The notes under the pieces: model-generated | What the model was told of the DNA's origin: nothing | Databases searched by the model: none | What the model saw: only the letters and a program-made list of their open reading frames with translations | Translations under genes and position numbers: made by a program | Origin: Patescibacteria group bacterium AH-259-L05 | GTDB lineage: Bacteria; Patescibacteriota; Patescibacteriia; UBA2591; UBA6264 | DNA: 63,570 bases | Assembly: GCA_027717985.1 (NCBI GenBank) | Contig: JALLOO010000003.1 | Span: forward strand, 1-63,570 | Direction: 5' to 3' | Shown: positions 45,128-55,484 of the stretch, in pieces | Layout: each line of letters begins with the position of its first letter | Numbering within the stretch: position 1 is the first letter of the stretch

Positions 45128-46573
45128 AGCGTTTTTCTGTAAGAACATAGATAATTGTTTGCTCATTGATAATTGCTTTCCTTTTGGTATCGTTTGTTTA
45201 AATCCTTTGCGGGAGTATTTCCAGAGAAGGGTTTTTGTCTCATTCTCTCCTACTATTTTTTGAGTCTCTAAACAGACAGGCGGCCCCCATAGATAGTAGA
45301 TATGTTGCAAGGTATTTTCAGCATATTCAATATCAAGTTCTTGATTTTCTTCCTTAAAGTGATGTGCTAGTCCAAGTACACGATGATTTCCATAATTTGA
45401 ACTTATTATACTGATTAAAGGAAGAGGATAGCGTCGCAATGCATGCACTAAAGCGTGGCGGAATATTTTTGGATTTGTCTCTTCAATGATATCTACAACA
45501 AGGGGAATGGTGATATAGATGGCATCAACTTTCTTATAAATATACAGCTTTTCTCGGCGGATTACCTCATCAGTTAAAAATTCAGAAACAAATTGGCTGC
45601 TATCATAACTGCCGCGGACCTGAAACATTTTTTCCCTGCCGTGTGTTTTGTCAATTTCCTTCCATATTTCACGCCCAACCAGATATATATTAAGACCTTT
45701 GCGCACTTGGGAAAGTACACCGGCATTATATTTACTAAACGTATCAAATTCTTTGTTGGAAATCAGTTTTTGCTTGAACAAGTCTAGTATAACTTTTTCA
45801 TGCCAGTATGCACACCATCCTTCATTGATAAGACTGGTACGCATTATGGGAAAGAGATGATATCCTTGTTCTCGAACAACATGTAAGATGTCACGCTGCC
45901 ATTCTTCTAATTCATTGGAGTTTTCAATTAAGAATGCAAGTATGTCTCTATCTGGCTCAAAAGGATATTGTCCTAAAAGTCTTTTGCGCAGCTGTTTTTT
46001 GTCAACATCAGGATGTTCTTTTTTTTCTTTGGATAGACGTTTTTCAATTTGGATATCACGCGAAACTCGTTTTGGCGCAAACGGATCAATATTAAACATT
46101 AACGCGCGAGCTGCTTCAATTGTTTTCTCTACTTCTTTTTCGCCATATTTTTGCGCATATTCAGCAAATCGTTTTTTTGCACGTGCTAAAAATGGAGTCA
46201 TATCAGTACGCTGCGTTTTCATCAGAGCATTATTTTTACTAAAGTCATTATGGGCATATACGTGCGCCATGGTGAGCATCATGACGGCTAATGGATCTGT
46301 TGCACAGAGATACGCCCGATTTGGGGAGAAGTAAACTTCATAAGGGAGTCTTACCGGTGTATGACGCCATATTGTTTTTATTCTTTCATATCCTTTTCCA
46401 CCAGCCCAGTATGAATATGAAACCGGGCTGTTATAGGCAATAATTTCTGCCATTTTTGCCGAGGAAACAATGTCAAATTTTTGTTCCCATACATTTAATC
46501 CATATCCTTTCATGATTTCAACAATTACTTTATCAAGCTCGTTCAGTCTTTTTTCTTCAGCTTTGCTCAACAT
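45113..46573 (-). CDS. SpoVR / YcgB family protein
   Basis: 486 aa; context (immediately after the DUF444 gene) plus the typical ...HVYAHNDFSKNN..., INEGWCAYWHEK pattern. Confidence 0.8.
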   Translation of the reverse strand: MLSKAEEKRLNELDKVIVEIMKGYGLNVWEQKFDIVSSAKMAEIIAYNSPVSYSYWAGGKGYERIKTIWRHTPVRLPYEVYFSPNRAYLCATDPLAVMMLTMAHVYAHNDFSKNNALMKTQRTDMTPFLARAKKRFAEYAQKYGEKEVEKTIEAARALMFNIDPFAPKRVSRDIQIEKRLSKEKKEHPDVDKKQLRKRLLGQYPFEPDRDILAFLIENSNELEEWQRDILHVVREQGYHLFPIMRTSLINEGWCAYWHEKVILDLFKQKLISNKEFDTFSKYNAGVLSQVRKGLNIYLVGREIWKEIDKTHGREKMFQVRGSYDSSQFVSEFLTDEVIRREKLYIYKKVDAIYITIPLVVDIIEETNPKIFRHALVHALRRYPLPLISIISSNYGNHRVLGLAHHFKEENQELDIEYAENTLQHIYYLWGPPVCLETQKIVGENETKTLLWKYSRKGFKQTIPKGKQLSMSKQLSMFLQKNAKRVP

Positions 46574-47946
46574 TATTCCACCTCCTCATCTTTGCGGAAA
46601 AATACTTTAATGGTTGGCCAAATTGCTTCTCGATCATGAAGTGCCGTGGCAATAAAGTATGTATCCTTATCATCACGAAAATATACTTCAAGTCCTTCAA
46701 CTTCTTCAATATCTAGATCAAATGCGTCAATATAGTCATCAAGTAGCGAATGGCTGCCATAGGGAAGTGTTTCACCATATCCAAAGGCGTTAACGAGAGG
46801 AAGCAGATTTTTTAAGGATTTGACTCCAGCTTTTCTGTCAAAATCTTCGCCGTCAGAAAAGTGAAATGTATAAATATTCCATGCTTCTGGCGGGTATGTA
46901 GTATGAATAAGGTCAGCAGTAAGCATGTAGGCAGGAGCACACAGTGTTCCGCCGCTTTGGACCGTATGAAAAAATCGTTCTTCACTCACCACTTGTGCTT
47001 CAGCATGATGGATAATAAAGACAATTTCTACGTTTTGATACACTCGTTTTAACATTTCATAGCTCCACCAGTAAAAACTACGTGCAATCAGTTTTTTTTC
47101 AGTACCCATTGATCCGGAAACATCCATGATGGCGGAAATTACCGCGTTTGATTCGTATTCAATATCTTGTTCAAGCTTTGTATACCGGAGATCATCTTCA
47201 TCAAGAATAATTGTTGCATTTTCCAAATCTTTTTTGTTTACTTTACGTTCGCCATTAATAATTTTGAGTAAAATTTCTATTGCTTTGTCCTTATCAAGTT
47301 TTGCAGAATTAAGCGCCCATACATAGTGTTGGTCATCAAGGTCTGGTTTTTTACCAAGTTTTTCTTCTAACATTTGTTTAAGGCCGAGAATGATACCACT
47401 CCAGCGTTTGATGGCCTGCTGTACCGTAAGCTTCTTTTTTAACCGTGGGGGGATGCCTGTTTTTTTTGTGCCAGATGGTTTCCATCCTTTTTGAACTTCA
47501 ATCTGACCCTCTTTTTTCTTTTTAAGTTTTGGCAGACCTATTTCTTCAGTAACAATATCAAATATTTCTTCAATATCCATTTCTGTTTCAATCCAATCTT
47601 CTCCTGGCTCTCCTCCAGCTCCGCCTTCAGCATCGTCAAAATCATCAGGATGGCCAATACCTGAGTCGCCAGGTCCTTTACCTTTTTTTATTTGTGCATC
47701 AATAACGTCACCTTTTTTACCTTTGCCTTGTCCGACATCACGAAACTCTTCTGGATCTTTATGTCGAAAGTGGTAATCTTTTTTTCCTCTAATTCGCACC
47801 TTAAGCTTACCCTTTTTGTTAATTATCGGGGTATTGATAACCGTATCAAGTATTCCTTTTTTTACTTCTTCTTTAATTATTTCTCGGTGCCGTGCAGCAT
47901 CTTTTTCTCCTTGTTCAGGTTTCCAATCTTGCTGTTGAACACTCAT
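46573..47946 (-). CDS. YhbH / YeaH family protein (DUF444, vWA-like)
   Basis: 457 aa. N-terminal KDAARHREIIKEEVKK..., an acidic G-rich linker, and C-terminal MDVSGSMG (MIDAS-like) ...FHFSDGED. Confidence 0.8.
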   Translation of the reverse strand: MSVQQQDWKPEQGEKDAARHREIIKEEVKKGILDTVINTPIINKKGKLKVRIRGKKDYHFRHKDPEEFRDVGQGKGKKGDVIDAQIKKGKGPGDSGIGHPDDFDDAEGGAGGEPGEDWIETEMDIEEIFDIVTEEIGLPKLKKKKEGQIEVQKGWKPSGTKKTGIPPRLKKKLTVQQAIKRWSGIILGLKQMLEEKLGKKPDLDDQHYVWALNSAKLDKDKAIEILLKIINGERKVNKKDLENATIILDEDDLRYTKLEQDIEYESNAVISAIMDVSGSMGTEKKLIARSFYWWSYEMLKRVYQNVEIVFIIHHAEAQVVSEERFFHTVQSGGTLCAPAYMLTADLIHTTYPPEAWNIYTFHFSDGEDFDRKAGVKSLKNLLPLVNAFGYGETLPYGSHSLLDDYIDAFDLDIEEVEGLEVYFRDDKDTYFIATALHDREAIWPTIKVFFRKDEEVE

Positions 47947-47985
47947 AGTGTCCTCCAGATTTTATTTTTAAAGAACAACGTTAGT

Positions 47986-48014
47986 TATTATATATAGTAT
48001 ATAAAACCTGTCAA
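47986..48014 (-). promoter_or_regulatory. internal promoter for yhbH-spoVR
   Basis: Minus strand TTGACA (48009-48014), 17 nt spacer, ATAATA (47986-47991). RBS GGAGG before the ATG at 47946. Confidence 0.55.
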
Positions 48015-48030
48015 CCTGTTTTTTGTGCAT

Positions 48031-48064
48031 AAAGAAAAAAGGTCGTCTCCTAGCGAGACAACCT
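48031..48064 (-). terminator. intrinsic terminator after prkA
   Basis: Minus strand AGGTTGTCTC-GCTAG-GAGACGACCT followed by TTTTTTCTTT. Confidence 0.7.
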
Positions 48065-48137
48065 TTATGGGTTGCTATAATTTGGCAATAAGATTTTTCT
48101 ACCATTCAAATTACAAGGTTCTGACGAAGTCAGGTTC

Positions 48138-50054
48138 TTATGATTCTTCTCGTCTTTTATTCCGCGCAATTTTGAGTGCTTTTTTCGTACAAACATCACA
48201 ATATCCTTTGTCATGCAGTCGTTGAAGTAATTCGGTTCGTTTTTTGGCTCGTTTTGTTCTGTTGTCAATTGATTCGTCAAGCAGGATAAAGTCCAAGAGC
48301 GGTTCAATTCGCTCAAGCAGTACCTGCTCTATTGCTTGTTCAAGATCTGGATAGTTTTCCAGATTGTGCTGTTCTTTAGTGGGGAGTTCTCCCTTTTTGG
48401 CCAATTGTCCAAAACGATATTCATTTTTCTTCCCTTCTGAAATAGGAGGGATAAGCTCTTCTTCAATCTTGCGCATTCGTGCTTCTGTTTCTTCATCCAC
48501 TTCTTCACCTGTTTCTTTCTTTTTGCGTGTTTCTTTTGCACCTTCAAGATAGTTGATAAAGATATTTTGCATTTCTTCTTCGTATTCGCCAATAGCTGAT
48601 TTTGTTACCATTCTATGGATTTCTTCAATAATTACCTCCCGTAGATCAGAAACGAGGGTGGGAATACGCTCATTAACTTCTTGCGGCCTGTCTTGCTTAG
48701 TGGGATCTGCTCCGCTGGTGAGGAATTTTTCAAGATCGTCAAGAAAGTCTAGAACAAATAAACAATCTTTTGCTTTTGGCAGGGAAATAGTGCGAAGGAC
48801 ACTCCATATGGTCCGAGGACTGATTCCAAACATTCCTTCCTTTTTTTCCATATCTTCAAAGTTTTGTCCGGCTTTAACAAGATCTTGGAGTGAAATATCA
48901 ATGTCTTCAAATGTTTCATCTTTTTCATTAGCATACCATTTTACCTTTTGAAAAGTCGATTCAATTTTATCGTCTTGAATCAGTCGCGAGGCTACCGGTA
49001 ATTGAGAAATTTGTTCAAGTAATCTGGGCGATAGATGTATATTTTTGAAATTTGTTTCTGAAAGTAGTTTCTCATAAATCCTTGCTTCTTCCTTATAATT
49101 AAGTACATACGGAATTTCAATAACTTTTGCTCTATCTCGAAGCCATTCACGCCCTTTAGTTGAGAGAAATTTTTTGTACTCATCAATATTGGTATGGCCA
49201 ATAATGAGAACATCTAAACCAGTAAAGTTATCAATGCCTGGAATTTCCATTTCTGCTTCCTGACAGATTTCAGAAAGCGCTTCATGAAATTCACCTGCAT
49301 GCTTTAACATTTCCCTGAATTCTAACGGGCCATTATTTGCTCTGAAAATAGCGCCTTTTTTCGTATCCCAACTATCAGGGTCAGACTCTTCGAATCGAGT
49401 CAGCTTAGGAGTGCTTATAGAACCAATCAATTTTGATATATCAACATTTACTGCTTCCTCTACTGTTCCTATAATAGCAGTTCCTTGACTTCGAGAAAAT
49501 TGCCACTCTTCTATAGGTAGATTTTTCCAATCAATATTTTCGCCATTATCACCATTATAGTGTTTTAAACAGTGCGCGCATAAATCACCAAGAGGGGCTC
49601 GAGAAAAGCCAAGTTCTTTGGCAATTTTTTTTCGTTCATTTTTCGGAATAGCTTTGAGCGGATTTTCACTCCACGGACAATCTTTAATTCGATAAGCGGT
49701 AAGTCCATAGTATGTCTTTCGTGACTTCTCAGCAATAGTTGATTTTCCTGATCCAGGCGGACCAACCATAATGCCAAAAGGCCTGTTTTTAGGGCCGCTT
49801 GCAGCCAATCCTTTAAGAAAGTTCATCAGTTCGTCAAGTCCTATTTCTTGTCCATATATTTTTTTTTGAAAATAGGGATAAACATTAATTTTTTCTCCGG
49901 TCAATGTTTCGGTTTCTTCAACATCGTGCTCCACAATAGCTACATATCCTCTTTTCGGAGCATTTGTACCTAGTTTTTCAGTAACGTCTTTATTTTTACG
50001 AGCGAGATCAATAAGTTCAGAAAGTGTTCCTTTCCACAACTTTTTTCTTTTCAT
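48138..50054 (-). CDS. prkA: PrkA / YeaG family AAA-type serine protein kinase
   Basis: Walker A GPPGSGKST and PrkA-family length and order. Start at the ATG preceded by AAAGGAGGAAAG. Confidence 0.85.
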   Translation of the reverse strand: MKRKKLWKGTLSELIDLARKNKDVTEKLGTNAPKRGYVAIVEHDVEETETLTGEKINVYPYFQKKIYGQEIGLDELMNFLKGLAASGPKNRPFGIMVGPPGSGKSTIAEKSRKTYYGLTAYRIKDCPWSENPLKAIPKNERKKIAKELGFSRAPLGDLCAHCLKHYNGDNGENIDWKNLPIEEWQFSRSQGTAIIGTVEEAVNVDISKLIGSISTPKLTRFEESDPDSWDTKKGAIFRANNGPLEFREMLKHAGEFHEALSEICQEAEMEIPGIDNFTGLDVLIIGHTNIDEYKKFLSTKGREWLRDRAKVIEIPYVLNYKEEARIYEKLLSETNFKNIHLSPRLLEQISQLPVASRLIQDDKIESTFQKVKWYANEKDETFEDIDISLQDLVKAGQNFEDMEKKEGMFGISPRTIWSVLRTISLPKAKDCLFVLDFLDDLEKFLTSGADPTKQDRPQEVNERIPTLVSDLREVIIEEIHRMVTKSAIGEYEEEMQNIFINYLEGAKETRKKKETGEEVDEETEARMRKIEEELIPPISEGKKNEYRFGQLAKKGELPTKEQHNLENYPDLEQAIEQVLLERIEPLLDFILLDESIDNRTKRAKKRTELLQRLHDKGYCDVCTKKALKIARNKRREES

Positions 50055-50100
50055 GCTCTTTCCTCCTTTTAAGGAGTTTATAATGTAAAAAGCTAATTTA

Positions 50101-50129
50101 AGATTAAGGTATATGTCTATTCTTGTCAA
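50101..50129 (-). promoter_or_regulatory. sigma70-like promoter (GGGGTTGACA type) for prkA
   Basis: Minus strand GGGGTTGACA, 17 nt spacer, TAATCT. Confidence 0.55.
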
Positions 50130-50160
50130 CCCCGTTAAAATTGGGGTGGTTGTGGATAAC

Positions 50161-50305
50161 TTTTTCCTCTTGTCATCCTAATCCTCGCTACGCTCGGGAA
50201 GACAGAGGAAGGTCATTCCTTTTTTGTCATCCCGCTTTTTTCTGTGATTCCACGTGTCACCCTTCTTTGTCATTCCAAGGCGAGTGAAATGAGCCGAGGA
50301 ATATA
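50161..50305. repeat. TTGTCAT[T/C]CC palindromic repeat cluster (copy J)
   Basis: CTCTTGTCATCCTAATCCTCGC, GGTCATTCC, TTTTTGTCATCCCGC, TCTTTGTCATTCCAAGGCGAG...GCCGAGGAAT. Confidence 0.85.
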
Positions 50306-50310
50306 AAAGA

Positions 50311-50340
50311 ACCGTCTCCCAGAGGCCGTTTTTTTCTGGC
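50311..50340. terminator. terminator-like hairpin after the methyltransferase gene
   Basis: AACCGTCTC-CCAG-AGGCCGTT with flanking A/T runs. The stem has one mismatch. Confidence 0.4.
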
Positions 50341-50368
50341 GTAAAATGCATAAATTATGCGTTACGGG

Positions 50369-50932
50369 TTACGATTTTGTAAATATTAAGGCATAGTGAT
50401 ATGGGCCGGCATCAAATTCTTGTTTAAGTTTTAGTCCCACTTCTTTTCCATATTGTTTAACTGTTTTTGGATCTACACGATTTTCAACAGGCGGTCCAAA
50501 AGGCGCTTTAGCTTTTTTCCAATCTACCACTAATAGTTTCCCTCCTTTTTTTAAAATACGATATACCTCTTCAAACATTTGTTTTTCTTTGTTGGTCTGA
50601 AATAAAATATTATTAAGCATGGCAATATCAATTGCGTTGTCAGGAATTTTAGTTGATTTGTATACTTCTACATCTGCCCAAATTGTTTTTATATTCTCAA
50701 TCCCGTAGAGTTTGGCTGCGCTTTTGACGTTTTCTAATACATCTTTCACCACATCAACGGCGCACACAATGCCTTTTCTTCCGACTAGTTTTGCGGCTTG
50801 AAGTACAAAATGTCCGCGCCTGCCGCAGCCTAAGTCAGCAACTTTCATTTTTTCTTCAATGCCTGCTTTTTCTAATAGGGTTTTGGCATTGAGCAATTTT
50901 TCTCCTCCCGGAAGACTTGTTTGTTCTGCCAT
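50369..50932 (-). CDS. class I SAM-dependent methyltransferase
   Basis: Motif I VADLGCGRRGHF, followed by VCAVDV and GGKLLVVDW. Confidence 0.8.
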   Translation of the reverse strand: MAEQTSLPGGEKLLNAKTLLEKAGIEEKMKVADLGCGRRGHFVLQAAKLVGRKGIVCAVDVVKDVLENVKSAAKLYGIENIKTIWADVEVYKSTKIPDNAIDIAMLNNILFQTNKEKQMFEEVYRILKKGGKLLVVDWKKAKAPFGPPVENRVDPKTVKQYGKEVGLKLKQEFDAGPYHYALIFTKS

Positions 50933-51054
50933 ATGAATATAGGTTATTATTACTACATATTATTGTAGCAATATATATAGGATTGGCAAGTGAGATTTTT
51001 TATGTTATAGTAAAGATGTACGTAATAGAGCTCTGTTACAAAAAGGAGGAGATC

Positions 51055-51465
51055 ATGAAACAAAACATCATGATATTGATGCTTGTTGTTGCTATAGCTG
51101 CTCAGGGTTTTGCAAACACCAAAGCTGTTATCGATACTACTGATGAATATCAATGGGACAAGATAGAAAAGATTTTGTTTGGTGTCCATATTGCCACATC
51201 AAGCATTGATTTGATGCAGGCATATACGGGATTTAAGCATGATAATATCCATATGGCGGAGACTAATGTGATTATCAACAATCTTGGACCGGAATGGCTG
51301 CCAGCGCACTTTGTATTGGTTCGCATTGGACTTACTTATTGGGCCCTTAATCAATTTCCTTCAGGAAAGTGGAGAAAGGCGGCATTGACTGTTTTAAATG
51401 CCTTTGATGTGTTTGTTGTAGTGCACAACCATAATGTTTTCAAACAAGTAGGCATTCGATATTAA
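51055..51465 (+). CDS. hypothetical membrane protein
   Basis: Start at the ATG after AAAAGGAGGAGATC, with a signal-like N-terminus and hydrophobic helices. Confidence 0.5.
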   Translation: MKQNIMILMLVVAIAAQGFANTKAVIDTTDEYQWDKIEKILFGVHIATSSIDLMQAYTGFKHDNIHMAETNVIINNLGPEWLPAHFVLVRIGLTYWALNQFPSGKWRKAALTVLNAFDVFVVVHNHNVFKQVGIRY

Positions 51466-51539
51466 AAGGGGTACTGGGAAAATCAGAACCTCTTTTATTT
51501 TCTTCATTATGTTATTTAATCTACTTGAGAGTTGGACCC

Positions 51540-52856
51540 TCAAGTAATATGGGCGAGGGATTCCAATATTTTAATATCTGCCCCTAAAGTTTGTAAGCGT
51601 TTTGCTAAATCTTCATACCCGCGATTAATAGAATACACGTTGCGAAGCAAAGAGGTCCCTTTGGCTTTGAGCATAGCAATTAAAATAATGGCGGCAGGAC
51701 GAAGCGCAGGCGGGCAAATAATTTCTCGTCCAACCAGTTTGCTCGGCCCCTTAATATAGACACGATGAGGATCAGCAAGAATTATATCAGCACCTAATTT
51801 TGTAAGCTCAGTATAGTACAGAGCTCGTTTTTCATATATCCAATCATGGATCAACGTTGTTCCTCGTGCTTGGGTGGCAATAGGAACAAAAAACGGTAGG
51901 TTATCAATATTTAAACCAGGGTAGGGGCGTGCATAGATTTTTTCCTCTAATGCAATAAGTAGACTAGGAAAGGTGACAATGTCTACAAGATTAGTATGTT
52001 TATTTTTTCCTTTATACCTGCGTACAATTTTGTACTGAAACCCCATTTTTTCAAGCTTTAACAGTTCAAGCTCTAAAAAATCAATAGGACAGCGTTTAAT
52101 GGTAAGTGAAGAGGTAGTGGTTGCCGCAACTGATAAAAACAGCATTGATTCAATTGGGTCTTCACTGATATGATAGGTAATTGGTTTATTAATATGTGGT
52201 TTGCCTTCTATGGTGAGCGTGGTGGTTCCAATGCCTTTGATTTTAACGCCGAGTTTGATTAAGAAGTAGCACAAGTCCTGCACTTGATAATTGCATGATG
52301 CAAATTTTATAGTGGTCGTACCTTTTGTCTTTGCCCCAGCCATTATCGTGTTTTCCGTAACCGTATCACCAGATTCATATAAGACAATATCAGCTGGTTT
52401 TAATCCATTATGTTTTATCTGATATGCTTTTGGCAGTGTTTTAATACGAAACCCTATTTTTTCAAGAGCGAAAAAGTGAGGACGGACCGTGCGCTCTCCT
52501 AATTTACATCCGCCAGGCTGAGGAAGTTGAAAATTTTTTAATTCATGACCTAAAACGCTTAATAAAAGAATAACACTGCGTGTTTTAATAGCTGCTTTAG
52601 TATTTAAGGAGCGCAGAGAGATTTTTTTAGGCGGCGTAATTTCTAAAACATGGTTTGACCTCCATTGTAGTTTTACTTTTAAGCTATCTAATACTTCAAT
52701 GATGCGATGTACTTCTTCAATACGCGGGACCCCATATAAGGTGGTGGTATTTTTATTTAAGAGCGCGGCGCACAGTAAAACCACTGCTGAATTTTTTGCG
52801 GTGTTGGTAACAATGGTACCGTGTAATTGTTTTCCTCCTTTAATTTGAAAATTCAT
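51540..52856 (-). CDS. murA: UDP-N-acetylglucosamine 1-carboxyvinyltransferase
   Basis: MNFQIKGGKQLHGTI...AKNSAV.LL.AALL and the EPSP-synthase-fold repeat pattern. Start trimmed to 52856. Confidence 0.9.
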   Translation of the reverse strand: MNFQIKGGKQLHGTIVTNTAKNSAVVLLCAALLNKNTTTLYGVPRIEEVHRIIEVLDSLKVKLQWRSNHVLEITPPKKISLRSLNTKAAIKTRSVILLLSVLGHELKNFQLPQPGGCKLGERTVRPHFFALEKIGFRIKTLPKAYQIKHNGLKPADIVLYESGDTVTENTIMAGAKTKGTTTIKFASCNYQVQDLCYFLIKLGVKIKGIGTTTLTIEGKPHINKPITYHISEDPIESMLFLSVAATTTSSLTIKRCPIDFLELELLKLEKMGFQYKIVRRYKGKNKHTNLVDIVTFPSLLIALEEKIYARPYPGLNIDNLPFFVPIATQARGTTLIHDWIYEKRALYYTELTKLGADIILADPHRVYIKGPSKLVGREIICPPALRPAAIILIAMLKAKGTSLLRNVYSINRGYEDLAKRLQTLGADIKILESLAHIT

Positions 52857-52866
52857 AAGGGATGTA

Positions 52867-53073
52867 TTAAAAAGCTTTATATCCCAATTCTTCAATAGAT
52901 TTTGTTATGTGCTCTTTTGTTACCTTGTCTTGATCAAGTTCAATGGTAGCTTTTTTCCCTTTATAATCTACAAAAATAGATTGTACGCCGTCTAATTGTG
53001 ATACGAGCATCTGAATTCCGGTCGCACATGCTCCACAATGCATGCCTTCTATGGCAAGTTCAAGTTTTTTCAT
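52867..53073 (-). CDS. copZ: copper chaperone CopZ-like HMA-domain protein
   Basis: 68 aa, GMHCGAC (MxCxxC) motif. Confidence 0.85.
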   Translation of the reverse strand: MKKLELAIEGMHCGACATGIQMLVSQLDGVQSIFVDYKGKKATIELDQDKVTKEHITKSIEELGYKAF

Positions 53074-55484
53074 AGTTAGTTTGTTTTAATTGTTTAATTT
53101 TTCGTTCTATAGGCGGAACGTAGCGGCGAAGGGTTAAAGAGTTGGCGACAACCGAGACCGAACTAAAGGCCATGGCAAAGCCAGCAATCTCAGGTCTGAG
53201 TGTTGATTGAGAAAGATTAAAAAATATACTTCCTAAGGTGCCAAAATTTTCTGCAATGTATATTGTCCACGGAGCCGGCACGCCAAATGAGGCTTGCGTT
53301 AGTAAAAGATGAATACCGCCTGCTATAGGAATTGCTAAAATATTATAAATAAATGCCCAAAACAGATTTTGCCATACTTTTTTTATAGTTTTGCCTGAGA
53401 GTTGAAGTGAGGTAGCAACATCTCGCAAGTCATCTTTAACAAGAATTACCTCCCCTGTTTCAATAGCAACGTCAGTGCCTGAGCCAATTGCAATGCCAAT
53501 ATCTGCTTGTGCCAGAGCAGGGGAATCATTGATTCCATCGCCGACCATGGCAACTGATTTACCTTCTTTTTGCAATGATTTGATAACTTCGGCCTTTTCT
53601 TGCGGCAAGACGTGAGCCAAGGGGCGATCAATCCCAACTGATTTTGCAATTGCTTGAGCTGTTTTCAGGTTATCACCGGTAATCATAATAATTTCTTTTC
53701 CCATCCTTTTGAGTTCAGTAATTGCTTCTTTTGCATAGGGTTTTAAAGTATCAGCTAATCCAATTATCGCTACCAGATTTTTATCAACCGCGGCATAGAT
53801 TACTGTTTTTGCTTCATTTTGAAGTTTTTCTGCCAGCTTATTATGGGCTTGGGTGTTAATTCCTAATGATTTCATAAATTCGGCGTTGCCGACTATCACC
53901 TGCTTTGTTTCAACGCTTCCGACAACGCCCCGTCCTGCTTCAGCTTTAAAGTTTTTTACATTTGGCACCCCCCCCCTTGTCATCCCGCAAAGCGTGGAAA
54001 GTTGATTTATTACGAGCGAAGCGAGTAACAAGGTTCTGCGAAGCATGGTTCTTATATTTTTCAACGATTGCGCGGGCTAAAGGGTGCTCTGAGCCAACTT
54101 CAACAGCAGCAGAAAGCTTAAGCGCTTCTTTTTCTTCCATGTCTCCTATAACAACAAAGTCAGTTACTACTGGTTTGCCAATAGTGAGTGTGCCGGTTTT
54201 ATCAAATGCAATAGCATCTACTTTGTAAGCTTTTTCTAACGCTTCTCCGCCTTTTAAAATAATACCAAAATTAGTAGCGCGGCCAATTCCTACAATGAGT
54301 GCCGTCGGTGTTGCAAGCCCCATGGCGCAAGGGCACGAGATAACTAACACCGCAATCATACGGAGCAATCCTGCACGAAACGGAAGGGCTACGCCGAAAA
54401 ACCATCCAGCAAATACAATAACAGAAAGTACTATTACCGCAGGAACAAAATATTCGCTGATTTTATCTACGAGATTTTGTATGGGGGCTCGTGATGCCTG
54501 TGCCTCTTCTACCATTTTAATGATTTGATACAGGAGAGTATTTTTGCCAACCTTGGTTGCTTTAATTTTTAAGAATCCTTCTTGGTTAACCGTTGCGCCA
54601 ATTACCTCGTCACCCTTTGATTTACTCACCGGCATTGATTCACCGGTTATTACTTTTTCATCAATATGTGTTTTTCCTTCGATAATAACGCCGTCGATCG
54701 GGATTTTTTCTCCCGGACGGACCAGCACGATTTCTTCAACGTTAATTTCGTCAAGAGGAATGGTTGTCTCAGTACCATTTCGAATTACATGTGCTTCTTT
54801 TGCTTCAAGTTTTAATAGTTTTTTAATAGCAGTTGAGGCACGGCCTTTGGCAACTGCCTCAAAATATCTACCAAGAAGTATGAAAAAGAGAAGTGCGGCA
54901 GATGACTCCCAAAAGGGATGATCAATATTAAAGAAGAGAAATCCAATAGTGCTATAAAAGTATGCTGCTGAAGTGCCAAGTACTACTAACACATCCATGT
55001 TTGCAGAACCGACACGAATAGCGGTTATTGAGTTCCGATAAAATGGCCATGCAATGATAAACTGAATAGGCGTGGAAAGAATCCAGTAAAAATAGTTTAG
55101 ATCAATACCAAACAGCTCGTGTACATGTTTGAGGTTAAACATGTGGATGAGCATGTAGTAGGCAATAATAGGAAACGCAAGGGCAAAAGCAGCAAGAACA
55201 CGGCGTTTGGCAATTTTGATTTGACGAGCTTCTTTTTCCTCCCCTTCCTTAAAACTTATATCGCCTTCTTCATCCGGTCGAATCAAGTCATATCCAAGCT
55301 TATTAATTAGCTTGTCAATTTTTTCCAAAGAGATTTTAGTTTCATCAAATTCAATTGTAGTTTTTTCAGAACCATAATTTGTTTTGATAGATATCACCCC
55401 TTCTTGTTTTGAGACCAGTTTATCAATTAGTATTGAGCATGATGCACAATGCATCCCTTTTATTTTTAAAATAAGTTTTGTCAT
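53060..55484 (-). pseudogene. copA: copper-translocating P1B-type ATPase CopA, frame broken inside an inserted repeat at a 9-nt G/C run
   Basis: The N-terminal ORF (53946..55484) has HMA GMHCASC, CPC and DKTGTLT...SEHPLA. The C-terminal ORF (53060..54064) has MITGDN and GDGINDSPALA. The two frames meet at CCCCCCCCC, 53968-53976. Confidence 0.85.
53968..54045. repeat. TTGTCAT[T/C]CC repeat (copy K) inside copA
   Basis: Plus strand CCCCCCCCCTTGTCATCCCGCAAAGCG...TACGAGCGAAGCGAGTAACAAGG. Confidence 0.75.

Noticed and set aside
48025-48316. ORFs of 66 aa (+) and 83 aa (-) at the prkA 3' end and the prkA-yhbH spacer
   Set aside because: The spacer is accounted for by a strong terminator and a TTGACA-17-ATAATA promoter. 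The ORFs overlap prkA or run antisense to it.
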